A stretch of DNA of 64,000 nucleotides from an uncultured Desulfarculus sp. (GTDB taxonomy: Bacteria > Desulfobacterota > Desulfarculia > Desulfarculales > Desulfarculaceae). The position numbers and the translations under genes are program-made. Location of the stretch: assembly GCA_963665125.2 (NCBI GenBank), contig CAXXUK010000002.1, forward strand, positions 192,001 to 256,000, read 5' to 3'. Below, piece by piece: positions 20,355-29,345 of the stretch (the stretch's first letter is position 1; every line of letters starts with the position of its first letter). The notes beneath the pieces are model-generated. The model was not told where the DNA came from. It searched no databases and saw only the letters and a list, made by a program, of their open reading frames with translations.

Positions 20355-20391
20355 AGGCCAAACGCCCCAGCCCATCCGGGGCGTTTGGCCT
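20355..20391. terminator. Hairpin closing the AOR operon
   Basis: AGGCCAAACGCCCC-N9-GGGGCGTTTGGCCT perfect 14-bp stem. Confidence 0.65.
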
Positions 20392-20528
20392 AAAATATCC
20401 ACATCCCGCCGCCAAGAAAACCCCGCTTTACGGGTGGGGCACAGGCCCTTCCCATCCCGTGGATAACCGGCTAATTTAAAAATGAATTAACGTATCGCAA
20501 CTCTTTTGTCACCCACTAGTAAAAATGT

Positions 20529-20588
20529 TTGACATCGTCCTGCGCTTGGTCTATTTCAATTATGACATATGCTCGGTCAAGCATATGT
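20529..20588 (+). promoter_or_regulatory. sigma70-like promoter with downstream palindromic operator
   Basis: TTGACA-N17-TATTTC then ACATATGCT-N6-AGCATATGT (20565-20588). Confidence 0.6.
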
Positions 20589-20665
20589 AAAAGGGCTTGC
20601 GTATTTCCCACCCGCCCGGGGCCCGCAAGGTGAGAGATTAGGGACTAAAGAAGCTGGAGTTAAAC

Positions 20666-22717
20666 ATGAAAGTCAAGAGGCTAGCACAGGCGCTGTGCCT
20701 TGCGGCGGTGTTATGCATGCCGCTTTCGGCCAATGCCGCCAAAGACGTTTACGATCTCGGCGTCCTTAACGTAACCGCCGGCAAAAACGTCACAGAGGAA
20801 ACATCCGTAACCAACATCATTACAGAAGAACAGATCAAGGCCACCAACTCCCAGACGGTTGCCCAGGCCTTGAGTTACGCTCCGGGCGTGGTTGTCACCA
20901 CGGGCAAGAAAAACCAGCCCGACGTCATGATCCACGGTTTTGATCAAAGCCACATCCTGGTCCTCATCGACGGCGTGCCGTTCTATGAGACCTATTACGG
21001 CTCGCTGAACCTGGACCAGATCCCCACCGACATCGTTTCGGAAATCGTAATCACCAAGGGCGCCCCCTCGGTGCTCTACGGCGCCGGAGCCCAGGTGGCG
21101 GTTATCAACGTCGTCACCAAGCAGGGCACCGAAAAACTGGCCCTGTCGTTCAACGCCGAGGCGGGCAGCGGCGACCTGTACAAGGCCAGCCTCAGCGCCG
21201 GCCAGCAGGTCGACAAATTCAACTACTGGTTGAATTACGTCCACCGCGAGCAGAGGACCTGGAATCTTTCCAATGACTACAGAGTCCGCGAGGGCGTGAT
21301 CCAGGTCGGCAAAAGCAAAACCAACACGGTGATCCAGCCCGACGGCACCCGCGTCAACGCATCGACCACCGTCGACTCCTTGTGGGCCCGCCTGGGCTAT
21401 CAGCCCTCGGACGCCACGGACGTGTTCGTCAACCTGCACGTGATCCAGTCCGATCGCGGCATGCCCCCCAGCACTGATTACCTGCGCGTCTTCACCGGCC
21501 GCGACGGCTTTTCCGATATGGCCCGCTACGGCAAGTACAACGAGCTCGGCGGCGACTTCAGCGGCAGGCACAGCTTCAACGACTGGGTCTCACTCAAAGG
21601 CAAGCTGTTCTATCACCAGCACAAAGACGAATACGAATCCTATGAGGACCTGACCTACAGCAACCCCTTTGCCACCAGCACCTATGAGGATTACACCCTG
21701 GGCGGCGCCCTGTGGCTGGAGATGGACCCCTGCGAGCAGTTTGCGTCCCGTTTCTCGCTGCACTACAAGGGCGACTCCCACAAGAGCAAGGACGCTGACT
21801 ACCTGCCCATGGCCGAGGCCTTCTCCTACACCGGCAGCGGCGCCGGCGAGCTCGAGTGGAAGCCCCTGGCCGGCGTCTCGGTGGTGGGCGGCGTTTCCTA
21901 CGACTGGTTCAACGTGGACAAGGCCCAGGAAAACAATACCGACTCAAACGGCGACCTGATCAATCAGGAAGACCTGGACACCCCGGGCGTGATGAGCGAA
22001 TGGAACCCCATGATCGGCGTAACCTGGCAGGCCCTGGAACAAACCCGTATCTTCGGCTCCATCGCCCGCAAGACCCGCTTCCCGCAACTGAACCAGTTGT
22101 ACTCCAGCAAGTCCGGCAACCGGGAACTGGAGGCTGAAAAGTCCATCAACTACACCGCCGGCGTGGTCCAAAGCTTCGGCCCGATCCTTGACATCGAACT
22201 CAGCGGCTTCTACTACGACATCACCGACTGGATCAGCAAGGACGGACCCTACATTGACAGCATGTACCGCAACTACGGCAAGATCCATATCTACGGCGCG
22301 GAGATCGGCTTTACCAGCAATCCCACCGAACGACTGAAGCTGAGCCTGTACTACACCTACACCAAGTCCGAGGACAAGAGCGACGGCGCTGTCACCGACC
22401 ATGTTCGCATGGTGCCCGAGCACAAAGTCGACGCCTCTGTGGGCTACATGATTCCGGTCATCGAAACCAACATTCAGCTGACGGCCCTGTTCATGGGCGA
22501 GATGTACGATCAGCTGCCCACGCCGACGTATCCCGACGACGAGGAAATCAAAAACAGCGGCTACTTCCTGCTGAATGCCCGCATCAGCAAGAAGTTCTGC
22601 GAATATTTCGAGGCCTATGTGGCCGCCAACAACATATTCGACAACGACTATGAATCAGAAGTAGAATATCCCGGTCCGGGCTTCAACTTCTGGTTTGGCG
22701 CCACGGCAAGCTATTAA
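20666..22717 (+). CDS. TonB-dependent receptor
   Basis: Signal peptide; plug motifs (LVLIDGVP, ITKG.PSVLYG); NNIFD..Y..PG..F; terminal aromatic residue. Confidence 0.95.
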   Translation: MKVKRLAQALCLAAVLCMPLSANAAKDVYDLGVLNVTAGKNVTEETSVTNIITEEQIKATNSQTVAQALSYAPGVVVTTGKKNQPDVMIHGFDQSHILVLIDGVPFYETYYGSLNLDQIPTDIVSEIVITKGAPSVLYGAGAQVAVINVVTKQGTEKLALSFNAEAGSGDLYKASLSAGQQVDKFNYWLNYVHREQRTWNLSNDYRVREGVIQVGKSKTNTVIQPDGTRVNASTTVDSLWARLGYQPSDATDVFVNLHVIQSDRGMPPSTDYLRVFTGRDGFSDMARYGKYNELGGDFSGRHSFNDWVSLKGKLFYHQHKDEYESYEDLTYSNPFATSTYEDYTLGGALWLEMDPCEQFASRFSLHYKGDSHKSKDADYLPMAEAFSYTGSGAGELEWKPLAGVSVVGGVSYDWFNVDKAQENNTDSNGDLINQEDLDTPGVMSEWNPMIGVTWQALEQTRIFGSIARKTRFPQLNQLYSSKSGNRELEAEKSINYTAGVVQSFGPILDIELSGFYYDITDWISKDGPYIDSMYRNYGKIHIYGAEIGFTSNPTERLKLSLYYTYTKSEDKSDGAVTDHVRMVPEHKVDASVGYMIPVIETNIQLTALFMGEMYDQLPTPTYPDDEEIKNSGYFLLNARISKKFCEYFEAYVAANNIFDNDYESEVEYPGPGFNFWFGATASY

Positions 22718-22724
22718 AATCCAG

Positions 22725-22753
22725 TTGGGAAAGGCCGTCATGGCCTTTCCCAA
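22725..22753. terminator. Hairpin after TBDR (terminator or mRNA stabiliser)
   Basis: TTGGGAAAGGCC-N5-GGCCTTTCCCAA. Confidence 0.55.
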
Positions 22754-22901
22754 CCGTAGTCCGGCAAAAGCGTGGTTTTTTCGGGCTGCTCAAACTTGTT
22801 GGTCATACAAGCCAAGAAGTCCGGTGGGCCTGCCCCATTGCAGGTTCCGCGATAATCTCAGGGGCCGCGCAAGCGGCCCCTTGCACTTCACGGGTGAGCC
22901 T

Positions 22902-23930
22902 ATGTCCCGCTTGCGGCTTTGCATTATTTTCATTGCCTTTTTGACGTTTGTATTGATTTCTTCGAGCCTTTACGCCGCCGAAGTCACCGACATGGCCGGG
23001 CGCACGTTCCAGACCAAGCGGGACGCCAAACGCATAGTCACCACATTCAAACCGGCGACATTGTGCGTAATCAGCCTGGGCCTGGCCGACCGTCTGGTGG
23101 GCGTCGATAGGGCCTCGCGCACGGACTCGCTCCAGGTCGCCGTATACCCGCAGATCGCCAAGGTGCCCACGGTGGGCGACCGGGGAGCCGGTCTGAATTT
23201 CGAAACAATTGTCGCGCTCAGGCCCGATCTGGTTATCCTGTTTTCGCAGTTGGACGGCGCCGCCGTTGCCCAGCGCCTGGAGCGGCTTGGCATCGCCTGC
23301 GTGATCATCAAACCTGAGAGTTTCGACGATATCCGGCGTTCCTTGGAGGTCATCGCCCAAGCCGCCGGCCACCCGGAGGCGGCCCAGCGCGCCGTGGGCG
23401 TCATGAACAAGACCGTGGAGACGGTCAAGGCCAAGGTGGGCAGTCCGGCCAAACGGCCTGCTGTCTACTACGCCTCGCCCCTGGGCACCTTCCAGACGGT
23501 CAGCGGCGACATGCTCCAGTCCAAGATGATAGAGCTGGCGGGCGGACGCAATGTCAGCGCCGGTTTGACTGGGCACTTCCGCCCCATATCGCCGGAGCAG
23601 CTTGTGGCCTGGCTGCCTGACTTCATCATGATCAGCCGGTATTGCCCGGACTATGTGCCAAAGATGCTCTCCGGCCCGCAATACGCCCACGTGCCCGCAA
23701 TCAACAATGACAATATTTTTGATTTCCCGTCCAACCTCGCCCCCTGGGACTACCCGTCGCCATTGGCGGCCCTTGGCGTGGCCTGGTTGGCCTGGCGGCT
23801 GCACCCCGCGGCCATGTCCGGCGTTGACATGATCGAACTCACTGAAGAATTTCATCACGAACTCTTCGGCAAGACTTTCAGCCAACTGGGCGGTGATCTG
23901 GGCCCGCTACGCAAGGACCCGCGCCGGTGA
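22902..23930 (+). CDS. Fe-siderophore/heme/cobalamin-class ABC substrate-binding protein
   Basis: VTDMAGR, LVGVD, NFETIVALRPDLVI, ELAGGRNV, SPEQL..W.PD. Confidence 0.9.
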   Translation: MSRLRLCIIFIAFLTFVLISSSLYAAEVTDMAGRTFQTKRDAKRIVTTFKPATLCVISLGLADRLVGVDRASRTDSLQVAVYPQIAKVPTVGDRGAGLNFETIVALRPDLVILFSQLDGAAVAQRLERLGIACVIIKPESFDDIRRSLEVIAQAAGHPEAAQRAVGVMNKTVETVKAKVGSPAKRPAVYYASPLGTFQTVSGDMLQSKMIELAGGRNVSAGLTGHFRPISPEQLVAWLPDFIMISRYCPDYVPKMLSGPQYAHVPAINNDNIFDFPSNLAPWDYPSPLAALGVAWLAWRLHPAAMSGVDMIELTEEFHHELFGKTFSQLGGDLGPLRKDPRR

Positions 23931-24943
23931 AAAACATCTTTGTCAATACCTTCAACGGATGGCTGCTGCTGGTATTGGCGTTTGTGCTGTCTCTTTTCGC
24001 CGGGCGCCTGCCCATTAACGGCGGCGAAATGTGGACCATAGCAACTACTTGGCTGGGCGGCGGCCCCATGCCCGAGTTCCTGGAGGCCAAAGCAATGGTC
24101 CTGCTGATGGTGCGGCTGCCGCGCTGCCTGATGGCCCTTTTGGCCGGGGCCGGGCTGTCCATCGCCGGGGCATCTTATCAGGCCATGTTCCGCAATCCCC
24201 TGGTTTCGCCGGATATCCTGGGCGTCAGCGCCGGATGCACCGTTGGCGCGGCCGTGGGCCTTGTGTTGCCCGGCAGCAACATGGCCCTGGTGCAGGTCTT
24301 CGCCTTTACGGGCGGCCTGATTGCCGTGGGCATGGCCATGGGCATCGCCAGACTGGTGGCCGTGCGGCCCATGCTGGTGCTGGTGTTGGCCGGCCTGGTG
24401 GTGACGGCCATATTCAACGCCGTGTTGATGATGGTCAAATATGTATCCGATCCGTTCAACCAGCTTCCGGCCATCGTCTTTTGGACCATGGGCTCCCTGA
24501 GCCGGGTCACCTGGGACGATCTACAAACAGCAGCGCCGATCATATTCGCGGGGCTTTTCGTGGTTCACTCCCTGCGCTTCAGGCTCAACGTGCTGTCGTT
24601 GGGCGACAACCAGGCCAAGAGCCTGGGCCAGAATCCGGGCCTTTTGCGGCTGCTGTTCATTGCCATCAGTTCGCTGATCGTCGGCCTCATCGTCAGCACC
24701 TGCGGCCAGATCGCCTGGATCGGCCTGGTCATCCCCCACATCGCCCGGACTCTGGCCGGACCCAACCACGAACGGATGATTCCGGTGTCCATCGTCTTTG
24801 GCGCGTTGTTCCTCTTGTTGGCCGACGACCTGGCCCGCTCCCTGACTTCGGCGGAACTGCCGCTGTCGGTGATCACGGCCATGGCCGGCGCGCCGCTGTT
24901 CGCCTATCTGCTGTACCGCAACCGGGGCTCGGGCTGGCTATGA
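23927..24943 (+). CDS. FecCD/BtuC-family ABC permease
   Basis: RLPR, QAMFRNPLVSPDILGVSAG, GLVIPHIAR. Confidence 0.93.
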   Translation: MKNIFVNTFNGWLLLVLAFVLSLFAGRLPINGGEMWTIATTWLGGGPMPEFLEAKAMVLLMVRLPRCLMALLAGAGLSIAGASYQAMFRNPLVSPDILGVSAGCTVGAAVGLVLPGSNMALVQVFAFTGGLIAVGMAMGIARLVAVRPMLVLVLAGLVVTAIFNAVLMMVKYVSDPFNQLPAIVFWTMGSLSRVTWDDLQTAAPIIFAGLFVVHSLRFRLNVLSLGDNQAKSLGQNPGLLRLLFIAISSLIVGLIVSTCGQIAWIGLVIPHIARTLAGPNHERMIPVSIVFGALFLLLADDLARSLTSAELPLSVITAMAGAPLFAYLLYRNRGSGWL

Positions 24944-25722
24944 GTTTGACTGTGGAACATATCAGCTTCGCCTATGAAGGCCACAAGGTCCTGGAAGATG
25001 TTTCCTTTCAGGTCTCGCCGGGCACCTTTTGCGCCCTGCTGGGCCGCAACGGCTCGGGCAAATCCACCCTTCTGCACCTCATGGCCGGTCTGCTACGGCC
25101 CGCCATGGGCCATATCAAACTTGCGGGCCGGGACCTGCGCGGCTCGTCCCGCAGCAGCATTGCCCAACGCATGGCCCTGGTGCTCCAGGAGCACGCCAGG
25201 ATATTTCCCTTCACGGTCCTGGATGTGGTGGTCATGGGCCGCACACCGTTCATGCGCCTGAACCAGCGGCCCGGCCCGGCCGACTATGAGCTGGCCCTGC
25301 GGGCCCTGGAGGAATTGGACGCCGGGCACCTGGCCAAGCGCAATTTCAACCGCATTTCCGGCGGCGAACGTCAAATCGCCCTGCTGGCCCGTGGTCTGTT
25401 GCAAAGCCGGGAGAACCTGCTGCTGGACGAGCCCACCAACCATCTGGACTTCAATAACCAGCACATCCTGTTGGGCAGGATCAAGGCCCTGTGCGAAAAG
25501 CGTGGCACCAGGGTCGTGGCGGCAATGCACGACCCGAACCTGGCCCTGGCCTGGGCCGATCAGGTGGTCATGCTTTCGGGGGGCAAAGTCCTGGCCCACG
25601 GCCCGGCAGCCGAGACCATGACCGCCGAGATGGTTGGCCGTTTATACGAGGCCGACGTACGCAAGATCGAATTCAACGGCGGTGGCTTTTTCATGCCTCG
25701 GCCGCCGGGAGACCGCTCATGA
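24940..25722 (+). CDS. ABC ATP-binding protein (FepC/BtuD-like)
   Basis: GRNGSGKST, ISGGERQ, LLLDEPTNHLD; ATGA overlap. Confidence 0.93.
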   Translation: MSLTVEHISFAYEGHKVLEDVSFQVSPGTFCALLGRNGSGKSTLLHLMAGLLRPAMGHIKLAGRDLRGSSRSSIAQRMALVLQEHARIFPFTVLDVVVMGRTPFMRLNQRPGPADYELALRALEELDAGHLAKRNFNRISGGERQIALLARGLLQSRENLLLDEPTNHLDFNNQHILLGRIKALCEKRGTRVVAAMHDPNLALAWADQVVMLSGGKVLAHGPAAETMTAEMVGRLYEADVRKIEFNGGGFFMPRPPGDRS

Positions 25723-26255
25723 GCCGCGCAGTCGTCATCATCACCGGGCCCATCATGAGCGGCAAATCGACCCTGGCCGCCCGGGTGGTGGATGAGCTGC
25801 GCCGCCGGGGCCTGGCCTTGGGCGGCATGGTGGCCCGCAGCCTTTGGAACGGCGACGACCGCTACGGCTTTGACATGGTGGATTTGGCCAATGGCTCGGT
25901 GACGCCCCTGGCCCGCAAACAGCCCGCCGGGGCCGCCCGATACCCGGTACCGTTTGATTTCTTTGAAGACGGCCTCCTTGCCGGACGCCTTGCCCTGGAC
26001 CCCGAGCGCTGCGCCGCCTGCGACGTGGTGTTTTTGGACGAAGTGGGCAAGCTGGAGGTGGCCGACCAGGGCTGGGCCCCGCTGATGCCGCCGCTGTTGG
26101 CCCTGGACAGGCCGGTGGTCGTGTTGATCATCCGGGATTTCCTGGTGGAAACGGCCCTGGCCAAATGGAGTTTGCATGAGGCGCATGTTGTAAACGCCTC
26201 TGATGAACACGCATACGAAAAGCTACTTAACCTCTTGATCTTGAGCGGGAAATAG
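25719..26255 (+). CDS. P-loop NTPase (NTPase_1/DUF2478-like)
   Basis: ITGPIMSGKST, RYGFD, FLDEVGKLE...GW; ATGA overlap. Confidence 0.8.
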   Translation: MSRAVVIITGPIMSGKSTLAARVVDELRRRGLALGGMVARSLWNGDDRYGFDMVDLANGSVTPLARKQPAGAARYPVPFDFFEDGLLAGRLALDPERCAACDVVFLDEVGKLEVADQGWAPLMPPLLALDRPVVVLIIRDFLVETALAKWSLHEAHVVNASDEHAYEKLLNLLILSGK

Positions 26256-26257
26256 CG

Positions 26258-27010
26258 ATGTTGAACGAACAGATGCTGGTATGGTTCCCCGTGGCCGCCC
26301 TGGCCGCCTACCTGCCGGCCACGGTGCTCGGCCTAATGCGTCAGGCCCGGTTTTGCCGGATACTGGGGAGCATCGGCCTGTTGGCCCTGCTTTCGGGCAT
26401 CGGCTCCGTCTGCTGGCTGGCCTGGCGACCACCAATGTACGGCCCCTTCGAGTCCATGATCTACCTCGCCGTTGTCATCGGCCTGGTTGGCTGGTTCACC
26501 GGCCGGGGCCCGGCGCCTCTGCCGGGCGGCTGGTCCGAAGGCCTCATTTCGGCCATTCTTCTTCTGTTGCTCACCTTCCCGGCCGAGCTGGACGTGGATT
26601 TCTACATGTATGACCACCCGCTGCCGATCCTGTTCTTCCAGCTTCGCCTGGTGGCGGTGGGCATATTGATGTCGGCGTCGCTTTTTTATCTGGCTACCCT
26701 GACCAAACTGAAGCAAAACGGCGAGCGCGCCCTTTTGATGCAAAACGGCCGCAACTTTCTGCTGCTGGGCATGACCTGCTTTTTGGGCGGCGAATTCTGC
26801 GGCTCCTTATGGTGCCTGCTCTGGCTGGGCGAATACTGGCGTTGGACCAACAACTTCCTAATGGCCACGCTGATGTTCCTGCTGATGATGCCGGCCTTTC
26901 ACCTGCCGCCGCGTCTGGCGGCCAAGCCGGTGCTCAAGGCCCTTCTGGGAGGTCTGCCCGGGCTCATCCTGTTCACGCTGACCATAGTCCATCAGGTGTT
27001 GCACGCATGA
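26258..27010 (+). CDS. Divergent CcsA/ResC-like membrane protein
   Basis: RPP....FES, GSLWCLLWLGEYWRWT (WWD-like), downstream His (AFHLP). Confidence 0.65.
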   Translation: MLNEQMLVWFPVAALAAYLPATVLGLMRQARFCRILGSIGLLALLSGIGSVCWLAWRPPMYGPFESMIYLAVVIGLVGWFTGRGPAPLPGGWSEGLISAILLLLLTFPAELDVDFYMYDHPLPILFFQLRLVAVGILMSASLFYLATLTKLKQNGERALLMQNGRNFLLLGMTCFLGGEFCGSLWCLLWLGEYWRWTNNFLMATLMFLLMMPAFHLPPRLAAKPVLKALLGGLPGLILFTLTIVHQVLHA

Positions 27011-27807
27011 TCAAGAAAATCGCCTCACTATACGTAACCCTGGCGTCCCTGGCGGGCATGATCATCTGCCTGTTCTGGGGCTGGATCATGGGCTTCACCC
27101 CGGCTTTCCGGCCGGTGATGCGCTCCATGAACGATCAGCTGATCATCGACTGGCTCCTCGACGCCCTCACCGCCCACCCCACGGTGGCTGTCTGGTTCAT
27201 CCTGCTGTGCCTGTGCGCGGCCGTGCTGTTCGTCAACCTGGCCGCCTGCACCGTCGACCGCCTGTGGCCCTGGATCCAAAACGGCGGCGGAACGCGGCGG
27301 GTCCTGCTGCTGGCCTCCCACGTGCTTTTCGCCGTGATTCTATTGGGCCATGCCTCCAGCTTCGTGGTCGGCTTCAAGTACGACATGATCAAGCTCACCG
27401 ACGGCGGAGTAATGCCCCTGGAACAGGGCTATGAATTGCGGGTTGAAAAGGTCGTCTATCTCGACGACCCGGAGCTGTTAAAGCTGGAGCACAAAAAGTC
27501 CAAACGCGTACTGACCAGGGAGGCCTTCAACCGCTACGAAAACGGCGCAGTTGTCTCCATGTTCAAAGACGGTCAAAAGATAATATACGGCAAGGCGCTC
27601 TTGTTGCAGCCGCTAAACGAAGGCCAGATAACGGTGTCCTTGACCGGCATGTATATCGACGAGGACGACCCCAAGGAGCAGCCGGGCGGGGTCTTCGCGG
27701 TGGTCAAAAGCCCTTTCAACGAGCTGTTCTTCGCGGCCTACGCCCTTTTGATCATCTGCATGTTCGGTTTGCTTTTCGCCGGCTGGCGCAAGGTTAGCGA
27801 CGACTGA
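27007..27807 (+). CDS. Divergent ResB/CcsB-like membrane protein
   Basis: LFVNLAACT, SHVLFAVILLGH, soluble domain and C-terminal TM; ATGA overlap. Confidence 0.6.
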   Translation: MIKKIASLYVTLASLAGMIICLFWGWIMGFTPAFRPVMRSMNDQLIIDWLLDALTAHPTVAVWFILLCLCAAVLFVNLAACTVDRLWPWIQNGGGTRRVLLLASHVLFAVILLGHASSFVVGFKYDMIKLTDGGVMPLEQGYELRVEKVVYLDDPELLKLEHKKSKRVLTREAFNRYENGAVVSMFKDGQKIIYGKALLLQPLNEGQITVSLTGMYIDEDDPKEQPGGVFAVVKSPFNELFFAAYALLIICMFGLLFAGWRKVSDD

Positions 27808-27857
27808 GGCCCCGGTGCGGCCTTGTGGTTCCGCAAGGTCGCACACGGAAAACGCGA

Positions 27858-29252
27858 TCAGTTGCCGGGCTTGGGCCCGATGCTTTCGATGACCCGCATG
27901 CTCTTCCATTTGCCGCCGCGGTACCGCAGCCAAAGCAAGGTGCCCAGAATCCAGATATAGACCGTGATCATCGGCCAGACCACGTACACCCCGGCGTGGG
28001 CAACCTCCACCAGCAGATACACCGGCACCAACATCACCGTGAACGATGCCGCGGCGATGACCATCATGACGTAGCGGGAATCTCCGGCGCCCTTTAGGGC
28101 TCCGGCGTAGATGATGCCCAGGCCGTCGAAAAGACAATACACCGCCACCAGCCGTAGCAAAATCACGCCGAGATCCATGACCTGGGCCTTGACCACCGGG
28201 TCCTGGGCGCCTGCCTGGAACCAGGCGATCAACTCCCGGGGAAACACCTGAAACGCGGTCATCACTACGGCCATGTAGGCCAGGGTGATATGCAGGGTGG
28301 AGCTTGTGGCAGTCACGGCGTCTTCGGGCCTGCCCCGGCCGATGGCCTGGCCGACCATGGTGCTAAGCCCCACCGAAAATCCGATCATGGGCAAAAAGGC
28401 CAGGGAGTCTATGGAAAAAACGATATTGGTTGCCGCCAGTTCGATGGTGCCCAGCCTGCCGATCATGAAAATAAAGAAGGTGAAGGCGAATATCTCCAGG
28501 AAGAACTGGACCCCGCCGGGCAGGCCAAAGCGCATCAACCGGCCGAACAATTCTCGTTCCAGGCCGATCCTGGCCAATACGGCGAAGCGTTTGTTGTGCT
28601 GTCTGTTAAAGACCAACAAGACGAACAGGCACGTCGTAAAGACCTGGGCGGTCACGGTGGCTATTCCGGCCCCCACTATGCCCATCTCCGGAAACGGCCC
28701 CGCCCCGTAGATCAGGCAGTAGTCCAGGGGGATGTTCAAGGCCGCGCCCAGGAAATTGACGATCATCACCGGCCGGGTTATGCCCCTGCCGGAAAAAAAG
28801 CAGCCCAGGGTCACGGCCATCACCGCGAATCCGGCGCCGATGGTAAGAATTCGGAAATAGGCCACTTCAAGCCAGTAGATGCTCTCGGGGTGGCCGCCCA
28901 GGATGAACAGGGGTTCGGCCAAGAAAAACAGCGACGCCAGCACCGCCCCGGCGAAAACACTGAACCAGATGCCCTGCCACAGGGCCGCGCCCACGCGGTC
29001 GTGGGCTCCGGAGCCGACGTACTGGGCTATGAATACATTGGTGTAGGAGGCCACGCCCATGAAGAACGAGATAAACAAAAAGCTGGTTATGCCTGCGGGC
29101 AAGGACGCGGCAATTGCCTCCACGGAGTAGTTGCCCAGGAAAATGCGGTCGGTGAATTGCATCAGGGTGGTGGCGGCCATGGATACCACCAGGGGCAGGC
29201 CGATGCGCAGCACCTCCCTATAACCGCCCGTGATAGACCACCTTTTCCACAT
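27858..29252 (-). CDS. MATE family efflux transporter
   Basis: About 12 TM; NIPLDY.LIYG..PFPEMGIVGAGIAT, GALKGAGD. Confidence 0.93.
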   Translation of the reverse strand: MWKRWSITGGYREVLRIGLPLVVSMAATTLMQFTDRIFLGNYSVEAIAASLPAGITSFLFISFFMGVASYTNVFIAQYVGSGAHDRVGAALWQGIWFSVFAGAVLASLFFLAEPLFILGGHPESIYWLEVAYFRILTIGAGFAVMAVTLGCFFSGRGITRPVMIVNFLGAALNIPLDYCLIYGAGPFPEMGIVGAGIATVTAQVFTTCLFVLLVFNRQHNKRFAVLARIGLERELFGRLMRFGLPGGVQFFLEIFAFTFFIFMIGRLGTIELAATNIVFSIDSLAFLPMIGFSVGLSTMVGQAIGRGRPEDAVTATSSTLHITLAYMAVVMTAFQVFPRELIAWFQAGAQDPVVKAQVMDLGVILLRLVAVYCLFDGLGIIYAGALKGAGDSRYVMMVIAAASFTVMLVPVYLLVEVAHAGVYVVWPMITVYIWILGTLLWLRYRGGKWKSMRVIESIGPKPGN

Positions 29253-29345
29253 GAGAGCACCCGTAACCCGTAAAAGAATATGACGCGTCCCTGCCGGAGG
29301 ACGCGCCTAGAGGAGATGAAAGTCTATAGGCCTGCAACGGGCCTG

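Noticed and set aside
20460..20665. Cobalamin or Moco/Wco riboswitch before the TBDR
   Set aside because: Leader is short and no conserved core was recognised; an Infernal search would settle it.
24031..25722. 563-aa fusion ORF
   Set aside because: The N-terminal part overlaps the permease in another frame; the ATPase starts at 24940.
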